A DNA stretch of 64,000 nucleotides from a virus (Duplodnaviria; Heunggongvirae; Uroviricota; Caudoviricetes), in IMG/VR virus record IMGVR_UViG_3300008108_000006; one strand, 5' to 3'. The notes beneath the pieces were generated by a model. That model saw only the letters and a list, made by a program, of their open reading frames with translations, did no database searches and was not told the DNA's origin. Below are positions 10,773-21,196 of this stretch, in pieces (positions within the stretch are counted from its first letter, which is position 1; each line of letters opens with the position of its first letter). The position numbers and the translations under genes are program-made.

Positions 10773-11497
10773 AAATACACGCACATATTTTGGCTTGGAA
10801 TGAGGAAAAAATTCTACCATATACCTTAGATCACTATAGTGAATTTTGTGAAAAAATATTCATATACGATAACATGTCAACGGACTCGTCAGATGAAATT
10901 TATAAAAAATATAAAAAGGTTGAGGTAATCAAATGGGATAGTGGTGAAACCTTTAATGATTATCAAAATTCTCTAATTAAATCTTTTAATTATAGAAAAA
11001 AAAGTAGAACAGGTGATGTTGATTGGGTTATTTGTTGCGATTGTGATGAGTTCTTATATCATCCTGATTTACTATCTAAATTAAAGGAATACAAAGATCG
11101 AGGAATTACAATGCCTTTAGTTAATGGGTATGATATGTGTTCAGAAGAATTTCCACAATATGATGGAAAAAAGATAACAGATAAAGTAAAAACAGGATCG
11201 GATGTTTATGAGCCTTTTAGTAAAAAAATAATATTTAATCCTAAATTAGACGTTGAATATGGTATGGGTGCTCACGGTTGTAAAGCACCTAATGCTGTTT
11301 TTTCTGAAACACCTGACTTAAAACTTTTGCACTATAAATACTTAGGTAAAAAATATGTCGATGACCTTTATGAAAAAAGAAGATCTAGACTTTCACAGTT
11401 TAATCTAAATAACAATTGTGGAACACACTACTTCATGATGAAAGAAACTTATGAAAAAATGGATAACATCATAAAAACAGGATTCCAACCAATCTAA
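10769..11497 (+). CDS. GT2-family (GT-A) glycosyltransferase
   Basis: WNE, YDNMSTDSS, WVICCDCDEF, LLHYKY. Confidence 0.8.
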   Translation: MKIHAHILAWNEEKILPYTLDHYSEFCEKIFIYDNMSTDSSDEIYKKYKKVEVIKWDSGETFNDYQNSLIKSFNYRKKSRTGDVDWVICCDCDEFLYHPDLLSKLKEYKDRGITMPLVNGYDMCSEEFPQYDGKKITDKVKTGSDVYEPFSKKIIFNPKLDVEYGMGAHGCKAPNAVFSETPDLKLLHYKYLGKKYVDDLYEKRRSRLSQFNLNNNCGTHYFMMKETYEKMDNIIKTGFQPI

Positions 11498-11542
11498 CAT
11501 ATTTACTACTAAGATATTTTTTAATATTATTAAATAAAAAAA

Positions 11543-12841
11543 ATGAGTTTAAACAAATTAATCAACGAAATTACAGAGTATCTAAAGGAAAATAAACCAA
11601 GATATTTATACAATCAAAATTTCATTCCTAATCAAAGTAGTGTTCTATATTCAGGACCATTTTGGGATGAAAATGAGGTTGTTGCAGCAATAAAATCATT
11701 ACTTAATAGTAATTGGTTAGTATCAGGTGAGAATGTTTTCAGGTTTGAAAGAGCTTTTGCTAAAAAATTTGGAGTTAAATTCTCACACATGGTTAATTCA
11801 GGAAGTTCTGCAAATTTAATTTTAATTACGGCAATAAAAAAATATTTTGGTTGGGAAGATGGTGATGAGATTATAGTATCACCTGTAGGATTTCCTACAA
11901 CCATTTCACCTATTGTTCAAAATAATTTAGTCCCTGTATTTGTTGATATTGAATATAATACTTTGAATTTTGATGTAAATTTGATAGAATCAAAAATTAC
12001 AGAAAGGACAAAGGCTATTTTTGTTTCTCCAGTATTGGGTAACCCTCCTGATATTGATTTTTTGAAAGAATTATGTGAAAAACACAATCTAAAATTATTA
12101 GGTGATAGTTGTGACAGTTTAGGTACTAAATGGAATGGTGAGGATTTAAGTAAAAATTATGTGGCTTGGACCACGTCTTTTTATCCGGCACACCACATTA
12201 CTACTGGTGAAGGTGGTATGGTTTGTACCAATGACGAAGAACTTAAAAAACTCTTTGTTAGTTTTTCTTGGTGGGGTAGAGCGTGTTATTGTGTGGGGTC
12301 GTCCAATCTTCTACCTTGCGGTACCTGTAAAAACAGATTTTCAAATTGGCTTGAATCATACAACGGTATTATTGATCACAAATATGTTTTCACCAATATG
12401 GGGTATAATTTAAAACCTATGGATCTCCAAGGTTCAATAGGGTTAATTCAATTAGAAAAATTTGATGAGATTGATCAGAAAAGAAAAAATAGTAAAAATC
12501 GAATTGAAGAGATTATTTTGAAACATGTACATGGTGTTAAAAATGTAAATTCTCTCGATAAGTCCGACACCTGTTGGTTTGGTACTCCATTTATATGTGA
12601 AAATAAACAACTAAAAGATAAATTAGTTGCGTTTTTAGAAGATAATAAAATACAAACAAGAAATTATTTTGCCGGTAACATTTTATATCATCCAGCATAT
12701 AAACATTTAGGGAATATTGAGGACTTTCCTAATTCAAACATGGTTTTAGATAAGGTCTTTTTTTTAGGTGCTGCACCTCACTATAACGAGGATGTTTTTA
12801 AGTACATTGATGAAATTTTTGAAGAAAAATGGAAAAACTAA
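11543..12841 (+). CDS. rfbH: CDP-4-keto-6-deoxyglucose 3-dehydrase (E1/DdhC/RfbH)
   Basis: NSGSSANL, FPTT, SFYPAHHITTGEGG (His in place of the PLP Lys) and the Cys cluster WGRACYC...CGTC-x2-RF. Confidence 0.85.
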   Translation: MSLNKLINEITEYLKENKPRYLYNQNFIPNQSSVLYSGPFWDENEVVAAIKSLLNSNWLVSGENVFRFERAFAKKFGVKFSHMVNSGSSANLILITAIKKYFGWEDGDEIIVSPVGFPTTISPIVQNNLVPVFVDIEYNTLNFDVNLIESKITERTKAIFVSPVLGNPPDIDFLKELCEKHNLKLLGDSCDSLGTKWNGEDLSKNYVAWTTSFYPAHHITTGEGGMVCTNDEELKKLFVSFSWWGRACYCVGSSNLLPCGTCKNRFSNWLESYNGIIDHKYVFTNMGYNLKPMDLQGSIGLIQLEKFDEIDQKRKNSKNRIEEIILKHVHGVKNVNSLDKSDTCWFGTPFICENKQLKDKLVAFLEDNKIQTRNYFAGNILYHPAYKHLGNIEDFPNSNMVLDKVFFLGAAPHYNEDVFKYIDEIFEEKWKN

Positions 12842-14211
12842 AAGTAGTTATTCTTGGTGACGGAATATTAGGTTCTGAAATTACAAAACAAACTGATTGG
12901 GATTTTATTTCAAGGAAAAAAGATAATCTTTCTATTGATGATTTTTCTAGATACATACGATATGATACCAACATAATTGTTAACTGTATAGCAAATACGA
13001 ATACCTACTCCGACAATCATGATTTACATTGGAAAACTAATGTTTTATTTGTTGATAAGTTGATAGATTTTTGTAACCAAAAAAATATAAAATTAGTTCA
13101 AATATCTTCAGATTACATTTACTCTAATTCTGAAAAATTTGCGGATGAAAAATCAGTTCCTTTACACTGTAATAATTGGTACGGATATACTAAATTAGTT
13201 TCAGACGCTTTGGTTCAGGCTCGATCAAATAATTTTTTAATTATAAGATGTACACATAAACCAAATCCATTTCCTTTTGAAAATGCGTGGGATGACCAAA
13301 TTGGAAATTTTGACTATGTAAATGTTATTTCTGAAAAAATTATAAGTTTAATCATGAAAAACGCAACCGGTATATTCAATGTAGGTACCGATACTAAAAC
13401 TATATTTGAATTGGCAGAACAAACTAGAGATGTTAAACCGATAAAATCACCCGAGTTTGTTCCGAAAAATACAACTATGAATGTGGAAAAAATGAAAAAA
13501 TATTTATCAACACCTTTCTTTTCAATAGCGATACCAACTTATGGATACAACGGAAATGGTCAAAAATTTCTTATAGAAAATTTTGAAAAATTAAAGACTC
13601 AAACATACACAGATTTTGAGGTGGTTATTTCAGATCATAGTATTGATGACACCATTAAAGATATTTGTGATAAATATTCTCAGGAATTAAATATTAGGTA
13701 TTTCAGAAACGAAATAGGTCGAGGAATTATATCACCTAACATTAATAATGCCATGAAAAATTGTTTAGGTAAATGGATTAAGATTTTATTCCAAGATGAT
13801 TTTTTGTATGATAAATTTTCGTTGGAAAATCAGTTTAAATTTATCGTAAATAATTCTGATATGTATTGGTTTGCTACTAAATTTTTTCATAGTAATGATG
13901 GTGTAACCTTTTATAGATTGTTTCACCCAAAATGGAATGACTTAATATGGACAGGAAATAATACAATTGGGTGTCCGTCGGTTATAACCATTAAAAATGA
14001 AGATTTAGAATATTTTGATGAAGGTTTAAATTGGTTAATGGATGTAGAATTTTATAAACGAGTTTTTGATAAAAAAGGAGAACCAAAAATATTAGACGAA
14101 ATAACCGCGGTTAATCGCACTTGGGGTGATCGTTTAACTGATACTATCACTGAAGAATTAAAAACTAATGAACACATAATTGTAAATCAAAAATATGCTC
14201 AAACTAAATAA
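12829..14211 (+). CDS. Fusion of an RmlD-like SDR reductase and a GT2 glycosyltransferase
   Basis: N-terminal GDGILG, ISSDY, YGYTK; C-terminal FSIAIPTY, ISDHS, LFQDD. Confidence 0.8.
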   Translation: MEKLKVVILGDGILGSEITKQTDWDFISRKKDNLSIDDFSRYIRYDTNIIVNCIANTNTYSDNHDLHWKTNVLFVDKLIDFCNQKNIKLVQISSDYIYSNSEKFADEKSVPLHCNNWYGYTKLVSDALVQARSNNFLIIRCTHKPNPFPFENAWDDQIGNFDYVNVISEKIISLIMKNATGIFNVGTDTKTIFELAEQTRDVKPIKSPEFVPKNTTMNVEKMKKYLSTPFFSIAIPTYGYNGNGQKFLIENFEKLKTQTYTDFEVVISDHSIDDTIKDICDKYSQELNIRYFRNEIGRGIISPNINNAMKNCLGKWIKILFQDDFLYDKFSLENQFKFIVNNSDMYWFATKFFHSNDGVTFYRLFHPKWNDLIWTGNNTIGCPSVITIKNEDLEYFDEGLNWLMDVEFYKRVFDKKGEPKILDEITAVNRTWGDRLTDTITEELKTNEHIIVNQKYAQTK

Positions 14212-14854
14212 TATCACATTAATTGCTTTAACTAGTGTTAGAATAGATCAAACGGTTAAAGCACTTGAATATAGTTGTAAAGGTATTGAGTTTGGTTCTG
14301 TGAAAATAGCGTCAGACATTAAACCAAAGTATTTACCATCTTACATTCAACACGAATATACCGAAAAAAGTTCTAATATTGATGAGTGGAATTATAATAT
14401 AATTTATAATTTACCTAAACATATTGATACTGAATTTGCACTTTTAATTCACGATAATGGGTTTGTTGTTAACCCTGAATCTTGGAAAGATGAATTTTTA
14501 AATTATGATTATATTGGGGCTCCTTGGCCATTACCAAATGATGATTTTTCATATAGGGATATAAATGGAAATATTGTACGACAGGGTAATAGCGTATCCT
14601 TAAGAAGTAAGAAACTTTTAGATGTACCAATTAATAAAAATTTAGAGTGGAAACCATTTCACGGTTTCACCAATGAAGATGGTTTTATTTGTGTTAATTA
14701 TAGACACGAATATTTAGACTCCGGTTGTAAATTTGCCGATATTGATGTTGCTAAATATTTTTCACACGAGTCAATGATTCCTGAAATTGTTGGTATTAAA
14801 CCTTTTGCCTTTCACAACTACTTAGGTAGTAATAATCAATATCCTAAATTTTAA
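14195..14854 (+). CDS. GT-A-like protein (DUF5672-like)
   Basis: LLIHDNGFV, F-x-x-YDYIGAPW, GN-x-x-SLRS, NED. Confidence 0.65.
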   Translation: MLKLNNITLIALTSVRIDQTVKALEYSCKGIEFGSVKIASDIKPKYLPSYIQHEYTEKSSNIDEWNYNIIYNLPKHIDTEFALLIHDNGFVVNPESWKDEFLNYDYIGAPWPLPNDDFSYRDINGNIVRQGNSVSLRSKKLLDVPINKNLEWKPFHGFTNEDGFICVNYRHEYLDSGCKFADIDVAKYFSHESMIPEIVGIKPFAFHNYLGSNNQYPKF

Positions 14855-14859
14855 TATAA

Positions 14860-15531
14860 ATGTTAAAAGAACTTGTAATAGCCGCATACGATAAAAACTT
14901 AGATTGGATAACTGAGGTGGATCGTAATGTTAAGATTACCATATACCGTAAAGGTGAAATATTACCTTTAAGAGAAAATGAAATTAAAATAACACCTAAT
15001 AAAGGTAGGTGTGTTCACACATTTTTTAACCACATCTATACTAATTATGATAATCTATCTGATTATACATTTTTTGTTCAAGATTTTCCATTTGATCATT
15101 GGGGTAACTTATTATACATACTTAATTCAGATGTCAGTGAGATTAGTAGAAACGCATCATTAACAATTGGTGGATATTATGGTTATCATAATAATACTTT
15201 AGGTACCGCATGGACTATGGATCCATCTTACCAGTTTGGTAATGGTTTTGTAATTTCATGTTATTCAAATGGGTTTCCTCAAGATTTAAATCCTAATATT
15301 AATGTCGATAAATATTGGAGGTTATTATTTTCGGATATTCATTCTCCACCACCTATGTATGAGTTTATGCCGGGTGGTCATTTTGTAATAACAAAAGAAC
15401 AAGTTAGAATGAGATCTAAAGAATTCTATAAAAAAATAATTGATCTTTTAATTGAGGACGATAATAGTCCTTGGATGTTTGAGAGACTTGAGTGTTATAT
15501 ATTTAATAATAATTTAAAAACAAATTTATGA
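14860..15531 (+). CDS. Glycan-associated protein (DUF3431-like)
   Basis: LVIAAY, PNKGR, HI-x2-NYDNL-x-DYT-x-F-x-Q, ER near the C-terminus. Confidence 0.65.
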   Translation: MLKELVIAAYDKNLDWITEVDRNVKITIYRKGEILPLRENEIKITPNKGRCVHTFFNHIYTNYDNLSDYTFFVQDFPFDHWGNLLYILNSDVSEISRNASLTIGGYYGYHNNTLGTAWTMDPSYQFGNGFVISCYSNGFPQDLNPNINVDKYWRLLFSDIHSPPPMYEFMPGGHFVITKEQVRMRSKEFYKKIIDLLIEDDNSPWMFERLECYIFNNNLKTNL

Positions 15532-16325
15532 AAAAAAAAATAGCTTTGGTGACAATGGCAAAAGACGAGGATTTTTATCTACAAGAATGGATTGATTACC
15601 ACTTAAAATTAGGATTTGATGATATTTTCATATATCAAAATAATTGGAGATTTAGAGCCCCATTATTAGATGACCGCGTTCATTTTATGGAGTGGGACGT
15701 TGATTCACTAACACCTGTTGAAGGTATGAGGACTTGGGAATGGAATAGGCATTCTATGTGTTATAGTAATTTTGGTAAGGAATACCATAGTGAGTTTGAA
15801 TGGGCGGCGTTTTTTGACGTTGATTGTTTTCTAGTTTTAAAAGAAACTAATAACGTTAAAGAATTTATTTCCAAATATGATAATGTACCACAACAACAAG
15901 TTGTTATAAATTTTGCATTTTTTGGGGATAATGGTTTAACAGAATTTGATGAAAATAATACAAGTGTGTTGGAAAGATTCACAAAACGATGGGAGACACC
16001 ACATACCGATTCATATTATCAATTCTTACCCATATGTAAATTACATGAAAATTTTTGTTGTCATGAAATTCATTTTGTACCCGGTGAGTGGGTCGATGTT
16101 GATGGATTTGTTGGTAACGGTAGATCCGGTGAAAGAAATATTACATTTAATAAAGCACAATTAAACCATTATTATACTAAAACACTTTCAGAGTGGAACT
16201 TAAAATTAGAAAAAACAAGAGCTGAGGGGGATTGGCTTAGAAACTCACAAGAAGGGTTTGTACAACACAACTTTAATGAAGTTGAGGACCTTCACGCATT
16301 AAATTTCTTTAAAAAACAAAATTAA
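15528..16325 (+). CDS. GT2/GT92-like glycosyltransferase
   Basis: KDE-x2-YL-x-EWI-x-YH-x3-GFD, FFDVD, LNHY-x-TK. Confidence 0.8.
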   Translation: MKKKIALVTMAKDEDFYLQEWIDYHLKLGFDDIFIYQNNWRFRAPLLDDRVHFMEWDVDSLTPVEGMRTWEWNRHSMCYSNFGKEYHSEFEWAAFFDVDCFLVLKETNNVKEFISKYDNVPQQQVVINFAFFGDNGLTEFDENNTSVLERFTKRWETPHTDSYYQFLPICKLHENFCCHEIHFVPGEWVDVDGFVGNGRSGERNITFNKAQLNHYYTKTLSEWNLKLEKTRAEGDWLRNSQEGFVQHNFNEVEDLHALNFFKKQN

Positions 16326-16326
16326 T

Positions 16327-16884
16327 ATGAAACCAATACATTTACGAAACGTGCCTCCACCAGGAGAAACATTTGATCACGTAGGGTTTTTTGACTTCTT
16401 ACTTCAATGGATAAGACCTGAGAATTATTTAGAACTAGGGGTACGAGAAGGTTCAACATTTAGGACCGTTTCTAAACATTGTACTAAAGCAATAGGTGTT
16501 GATATCTCACCATTACCTTTTCCATTATCAGATAATATGGAATATTACTCAACAACAACCGATGATTTTTTTAATACTTTAGACCCTGAAATTAAATTTG
16601 ATGTGGTATTTATTGATGCCGATCACTCTCATGAACAAACTCTTAAAGATTTTTTAAATGTTAAAGATAGAGTAATTGAGGATGGTTTCATATTTTTTCA
16701 TGATACATATCCTTACGATCCTGTTTTTTTTGACAAACACGCTTGTAACGATGCGTATAAAACATCTTTATACATTAAAGAACACTTTATTGATGATTTT
16801 GAAATTTTAACACTACCTATTAATCCTGGAGTAACTATGGTAAAAAAAATCAAACGGAACAAACAATTAATATATTTAAATTGA
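16327..16884 (+). CDS. Class I SAM-dependent methyltransferase (Methyltransf_24-like)
   Basis: YLELGV-x2-G, FDVVFIDADH, FHD. Confidence 0.85.
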   Translation: MKPIHLRNVPPPGETFDHVGFFDFLLQWIRPENYLELGVREGSTFRTVSKHCTKAIGVDISPLPFPLSDNMEYYSTTTDDFFNTLDPEIKFDVVFIDADHSHEQTLKDFLNVKDRVIEDGFIFFHDTYPYDPVFFDKHACNDAYKTSLYIKEHFIDDFEILTLPINPGVTMVKKIKRNKQLIYLN

Positions 16885-16926
16885 ATATTGAAAACAATAT
16901 AAATTATACCATTAGTTACTGACGTT

Positions 16927-17838
16927 ATGGGAAGTATAAGATCATTCATGTTTCATGATATAAGAAATTTAGATAAAACAAATTATCCAAAAAGATATAA
17001 GTTAAAATCATTTTTAAATGAATTACAATTCAAATATCAAATAGACAAGATACAAAAAAAATATAAAATTATTAGTAGTCTTGAAATAAAAAATTTAGAT
17101 TTAAAAAACGATACTTCGGACTATGCGATTTTAACTTTTGATGATGGGTTATTAGATCACTATGATGTCTATAAATATCTTTATTCTTTGGGTTTGTCAG
17201 GCACGTTTTTAGTTCCAAAAATGCCAATAACTGAAAATAAAATAATGAATACACATAAAATTCAGTTTATATTAGCATCAATAGAAGAAAAAACTATAAA
17301 AAATGAGATACTTAGTTATTTTGATAATAAAGATGAAATTTGGAAAAAGTATTCGGTATCTATGTGGAAAAATAATTGGTGGTCCGAAGAAATGATTTTT
17401 ATTACTAATTTTTTGAGACAGTACAAAGACGATAATATTGACAATTTTAAACTAACTAACGATCTTTTTAATAAATTTGTGACTGAAGATGAATTTAACT
17501 TTTCTAAAAATTTGTATTTAGATGAAAAAAAAATAGAAGAGATGTCTAATAATGGCATGGTAATCGGAGGACATGGAGATATCTCAGAAAATTTGTTACT
17601 TATTGAGGATTATAAAAAAGAAATTGACGAATCTAAAAAATTTTCATCGAAATATTCTGAAAATTTTATATTTTCATATCCAAATGGAGGATATAATGAA
17701 GAAATAAAAAACTATATGAGTGATGTAAACTGTTCGGTTTCTTTTACTACTGAACAATTTACAATAACTGACTTAGATGAAATCGACTACTTAAGATTTC
17801 CAAGATATGACGCACCTCAAAAAATTGACTTACCATGA
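16927..17838 (+). CDS. Polysaccharide deacetylase (NodB/CE4-like)
   Basis: LTFDDG, IGGH, FSYPNG. Confidence 0.85.
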   Translation: MGSIRSFMFHDIRNLDKTNYPKRYKLKSFLNELQFKYQIDKIQKKYKIISSLEIKNLDLKNDTSDYAILTFDDGLLDHYDVYKYLYSLGLSGTFLVPKMPITENKIMNTHKIQFILASIEEKTIKNEILSYFDNKDEIWKKYSVSMWKNNWWSEEMIFITNFLRQYKDDNIDNFKLTNDLFNKFVTEDEFNFSKNLYLDEKKIEEMSNNGMVIGGHGDISENLLLIEDYKKEIDESKKFSSKYSENFIFSYPNGGYNEEIKNYMSDVNCSVSFTTEQFTITDLDEIDYLRFPRYDAPQKIDLP

Positions 17839-18479
17839 AAATAATTTACTATGCGTATAGAGATTGGGCGATTAATATTTTCTCTAAAATTTTAGTAGAG
17901 GAAAAATATCTAATTAATTGCAACAATTATTCAATAATTGACACAATTAAACCGGATTTAGTCTTTTTTATTGGGTGGAGTGAAATTATACCTAATGAGA
18001 TAATTGAAAACAATACGTGTATATGTTTACATCCATCTAAATTACCAAAATATAGGGGTGGTAGTCCTATACAACATCAAATAATAAACGGTGAGGTAAA
18101 AAGTGCTGTCTCTTTTTTTATTATGAACAAAAAAATAGATGGTGGTGATTTACTATACCAACCTAATCTATCATTAGAGGGGAGTCTTAAAAAGATATTT
18201 AAAGATATTGAATCAATAGGTATTGAATATATAAATAAAATAATACTTGACTATAAAAACAAAGAAATTAATATATATACACAGGATGAGTCTGAATCAA
18301 CTTTTTTTAAAAGAAGAAAAGAATCTGATAGTGAAATAAAAATAGACGAGATTTTAAATAAAGAACCACTTTATCTATACAATAAAATAAGAGCACTAAA
18401 TGATCCATATCCAAATGCCTTTATTAAATGTAAAGATGGAAAAAAATTGTACTTATTGGATACAAAATATGAAAAATGA
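17835..18479 (+). CDS. Formyltransferase (probably sugar-nucleotide N-formyltransferase)
   Basis: LHPSKLPKYRGGSP, IDGGD, IRAL-x-DPYPNAF; glycan-cluster context. Confidence 0.8.
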   Translation: MKIIYYAYRDWAINIFSKILVEEKYLINCNNYSIIDTIKPDLVFFIGWSEIIPNEIIENNTCICLHPSKLPKYRGGSPIQHQIINGEVKSAVSFFIMNKKIDGGDLLYQPNLSLEGSLKKIFKDIESIGIEYINKIILDYKNKEINIYTQDESESTFFKRRKESDSEIKIDEILNKEPLYLYNKIRALNDPYPNAFIKCKDGKKLYLLDTKYEK

Positions 18480-19398
18480 AAAGGTTTTTATAACGGGTGG
18501 TGCCGGATTTTTAGGTAAAAACATTATTAAACGTTTATATAATGATAATGAAATTACTGTTTATTCTAGAGATGAATCAAAACATTATTATCTGAAAAAG
18601 GAATTCCCTAATGTTAATTTTGTTGTTGGAGATATTCGTAATCGGGACCTTTTATTAAGGAAATCAAAAAACCATAGTGTTGGTATTTTTGCAGCATCAC
18701 TGAAACAAATTGATTCTTGTACTGAAAATTATGAAGAAGCGTCAAAGATAATTATTGATGGTGCTATAAATTCCAGAATAATTTCCGAAGAAAATAATTT
18801 TAAATCTGCGAGTTTTATATCAACAGATAAAAGTAGAGCATCTACAACAATATATGGAGCCATGAAATTTGTTGCCGGTGAATCATTCATTGTTAATGAA
18901 TCTAATTGTAATCTAACTACTGTAATTTATGGTAATGTAACAAACTCAACAGGTTCTATAATTCCTTTAATATGGGAATCTATATCAAAAAACCAAACAC
19001 TAACACTATATGACCCCAATATGACAAGATTTTTATTAGATGTTGATGATGCTATTGATTTGATATTAAAATCACAAAGGTACTCTAATTGTAATGTTAT
19101 ACCGGTCTCAAAATCATTTAAGATCTTGGATTTATTTGAAATATTTAAAAATGAATTCGGGTTAAATTATGTTTTAGGTATTCCTAGAGTTGGTGAAAAA
19201 ATACATGAAATTATGGCATCTTCTGAAGAAATTAGAAGAATGGAATATGTTGAAAGTGATAACATCTATCTATTACACCCTAAAAAATCAATCGGTAAAG
19301 TATCGTTTACTGATTCTGAATATTCATCAAAAGATAGTTGTTTAACATACGATGAGCTATATAACCACTTCAGATCTAAAAACTTTTATAAACCATGA
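18469..19398 (+). CDS. UDP-sugar 4,6-dehydratase (CapD/FnlA/PseB-like)
   Basis: ITGGAGFLG, SRDE, GDIR, STDK, YGAMK, YGNV, MTRF, GEKIHE; ATG at 18469. Confidence 0.85.
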   Translation: MKNEKVFITGGAGFLGKNIIKRLYNDNEITVYSRDESKHYYLKKEFPNVNFVVGDIRNRDLLLRKSKNHSVGIFAASLKQIDSCTENYEEASKIIIDGAINSRIISEENNFKSASFISTDKSRASTTIYGAMKFVAGESFIVNESNCNLTTVIYGNVTNSTGSIIPLIWESISKNQTLTLYDPNMTRFLLDVDDAIDLILKSQRYSNCNVIPVSKSFKILDLFEIFKNEFGLNYVLGIPRVGEKIHEIMASSEEIRRMEYVESDNIYLLHPKKSIGKVSFTDSEYSSKDSCLTYDELYNHFRSKNFYKP

Positions 19399-20198
19399 GA
19401 ATTATTGTATTAGGTAGTACTGGCATGTTAGGGACATATGTGAGAAATTATTTTAATTCAAAATACAAAGTAATAAATATTAGTAGAAAAGATTTTGACT
19501 TTAATCAAAATAATGAAAGTGATGTTATCGACTTTTTAGTCGGATTAGTTGATGAGAGTTCAGTTATAATAAATTGTGCCGGGATTATTAAACAACGAAA
19601 TTACGAATTAAAGGAATTAATAAAAATAAATTCTTTATTACCTAATCTACTTTATGAAGTGAAAAAAATTGTAGGTTGTAAAATAATCCACATTACCACT
19701 GATTGTGTTTACGACGGATTAAAGGGTGATTATAATGAAAATGATATACATACATGTAATGATGATTATGGGAGATCTAAATCATTAGGAGAAAATAAAA
19801 ACTTAACAATAATAAGAACTTCAATCATTGGTGAAGAATTATTTAATAAACATTCATTAATTGAGTGGGTTAAATCAAATAAAAATGGAACCATTAATGG
19901 TTATCTTAATCATTTTTGGAACGGTGTTACATGTTTAGAACTTTGTGAATTTATTAATCAGATGATTATTAACAACGATTTTTGGGTTGGGATTAAACAC
20001 ATTTTAACAGAAAAATCCATTTCTAAATATGAGTTATTAACTTATATTAATGACATATTCAATTTAAATATTAATATAATAAAAACAAATACTGATACCG
20101 ATTGTTATAGAAATTTATCAACAGTCTATCCTGATGGTATTATTAAAAAATCACTATACCACCAAATAAAAGAACTATATAATTTTAAAATAAAATAA
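19395..20198 (+). CDS. dTDP-4-dehydrorhamnose reductase-like SDR
   Basis: GSTGMLG, TTDCVY, YGRSK-x2-GE, RTSIIG. Confidence 0.85.
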   Translation: MRIIVLGSTGMLGTYVRNYFNSKYKVINISRKDFDFNQNNESDVIDFLVGLVDESSVIINCAGIIKQRNYELKELIKINSLLPNLLYEVKKIVGCKIIHITTDCVYDGLKGDYNENDIHTCNDDYGRSKSLGENKNLTIIRTSIIGEELFNKHSLIEWVKSNKNGTINGYLNHFWNGVTCLELCEFINQMIINNDFWVGIKHILTEKSISKYELLTYINDIFNLNINIIKTNTDTDCYRNLSTVYPDGIIKKSLYHQIKELYNFKIK

Positions 20199-21115
20199 TG
20201 ATAACAACAAACTTAACAGGTAATTTAGGTAATCATATGTGGCAATATGCGGTTTGCAGAACTGTTGCTGAAAAATTAGAATATGAGTGGGGAATTAATT
20301 CATCACCATCTTATGATTACCATAATGGTGCAAATCAAATGTATTTCATGGATGTTGATTTTGGTAAAGATGTTACCGGAACATTTACAGATTTTCATGA
20401 AAATTGGGTTACATATAACGGTGTTGGGGAAATAGTTAATATAACACCGATGGATCCAAACGTTTGGAATATACTCGATAACACTCGGTTAATAGGTCAT
20501 AATGGTGCGTTTGGGGGGATATATCAATCAGAAAAATACTTTCAGGATAATAGTGAAAAAGTAAAAACTTGGTTTAATATTAAACCAGAATACAGTATAG
20601 AATACAATAAAGTATTAAGTGATCTAAATATTATCTTAGATGATGATACTTGTGTTATAAATTTTAGAGGTGGGGAATATAGGAGTATTAGAAATGTTTT
20701 ATGCCAACAAAAATATTGGGCAGACTCAATTTCACATATGAGAACTATCAATCCTAATATGAAATTTATTGTGGTTACTGACGATGTTGAATTCGCCCGA
20801 AACTATTTACCAATCAACACAACTATTTTACATAGGGATATCGGATTTGATTTTTTTGTCGTTAACCAAGCCAAGTGGTTGATAATATCAAACTCAACAT
20901 TTGGTTGGTGGGCGGCATGGTTAAACGATCAATGTAAAAAAATAATCGCACCAAAATATTGGGCATCCCATAATAATAGTGACGGTTATTGGTCTGTAGG
21001 TGAAAGTTATACAAAAGGATTTGAATATATGGGTAGAGACGGCATGTTATATGATTATAACACCTGTAAAACCGAATCTGAAGAGTATTGTATTACACAT
21101 AACTTATTATCATAA
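20198..21115 (+). CDS. Second GT11-like glycosyltransferase
   Basis: GNLGNHMWQY, NFRGGEY, VTDD, ISNSTFGWWAAWL. Confidence 0.85.
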   Translation: MITTNLTGNLGNHMWQYAVCRTVAEKLEYEWGINSSPSYDYHNGANQMYFMDVDFGKDVTGTFTDFHENWVTYNGVGEIVNITPMDPNVWNILDNTRLIGHNGAFGGIYQSEKYFQDNSEKVKTWFNIKPEYSIEYNKVLSDLNIILDDDTCVINFRGGEYRSIRNVLCQQKYWADSISHMRTINPNMKFIVVTDDVEFARNYLPINTTILHRDIGFDFFVVNQAKWLIISNSTFGWWAAWLNDQCKKIIAPKYWASHNNSDGYWSVGESYTKGFEYMGRDGMLYDYNTCKTESEEYCITHNLLS

Positions 21116-21196
21116 GTATATCCGTAAATTAACACTTGTTTTCGTATTTGATTTTTCTTACTATTAACAGTAACGTTAAAATATTGATTAAAAAAT

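Noticed and set aside
11543-12841. ColD (colitose pathway) or plain DegT aminotransferase call
   Set aside because: His replaces the PLP Lys and the Fe-S-type Cys cluster is present, matching E1/RfbH
17835-18479. Methionyl-tRNA formyltransferase (fmt)
   Set aside because: Short, lacks the full C-terminal tRNA-binding domain and sits inside a sugar operon
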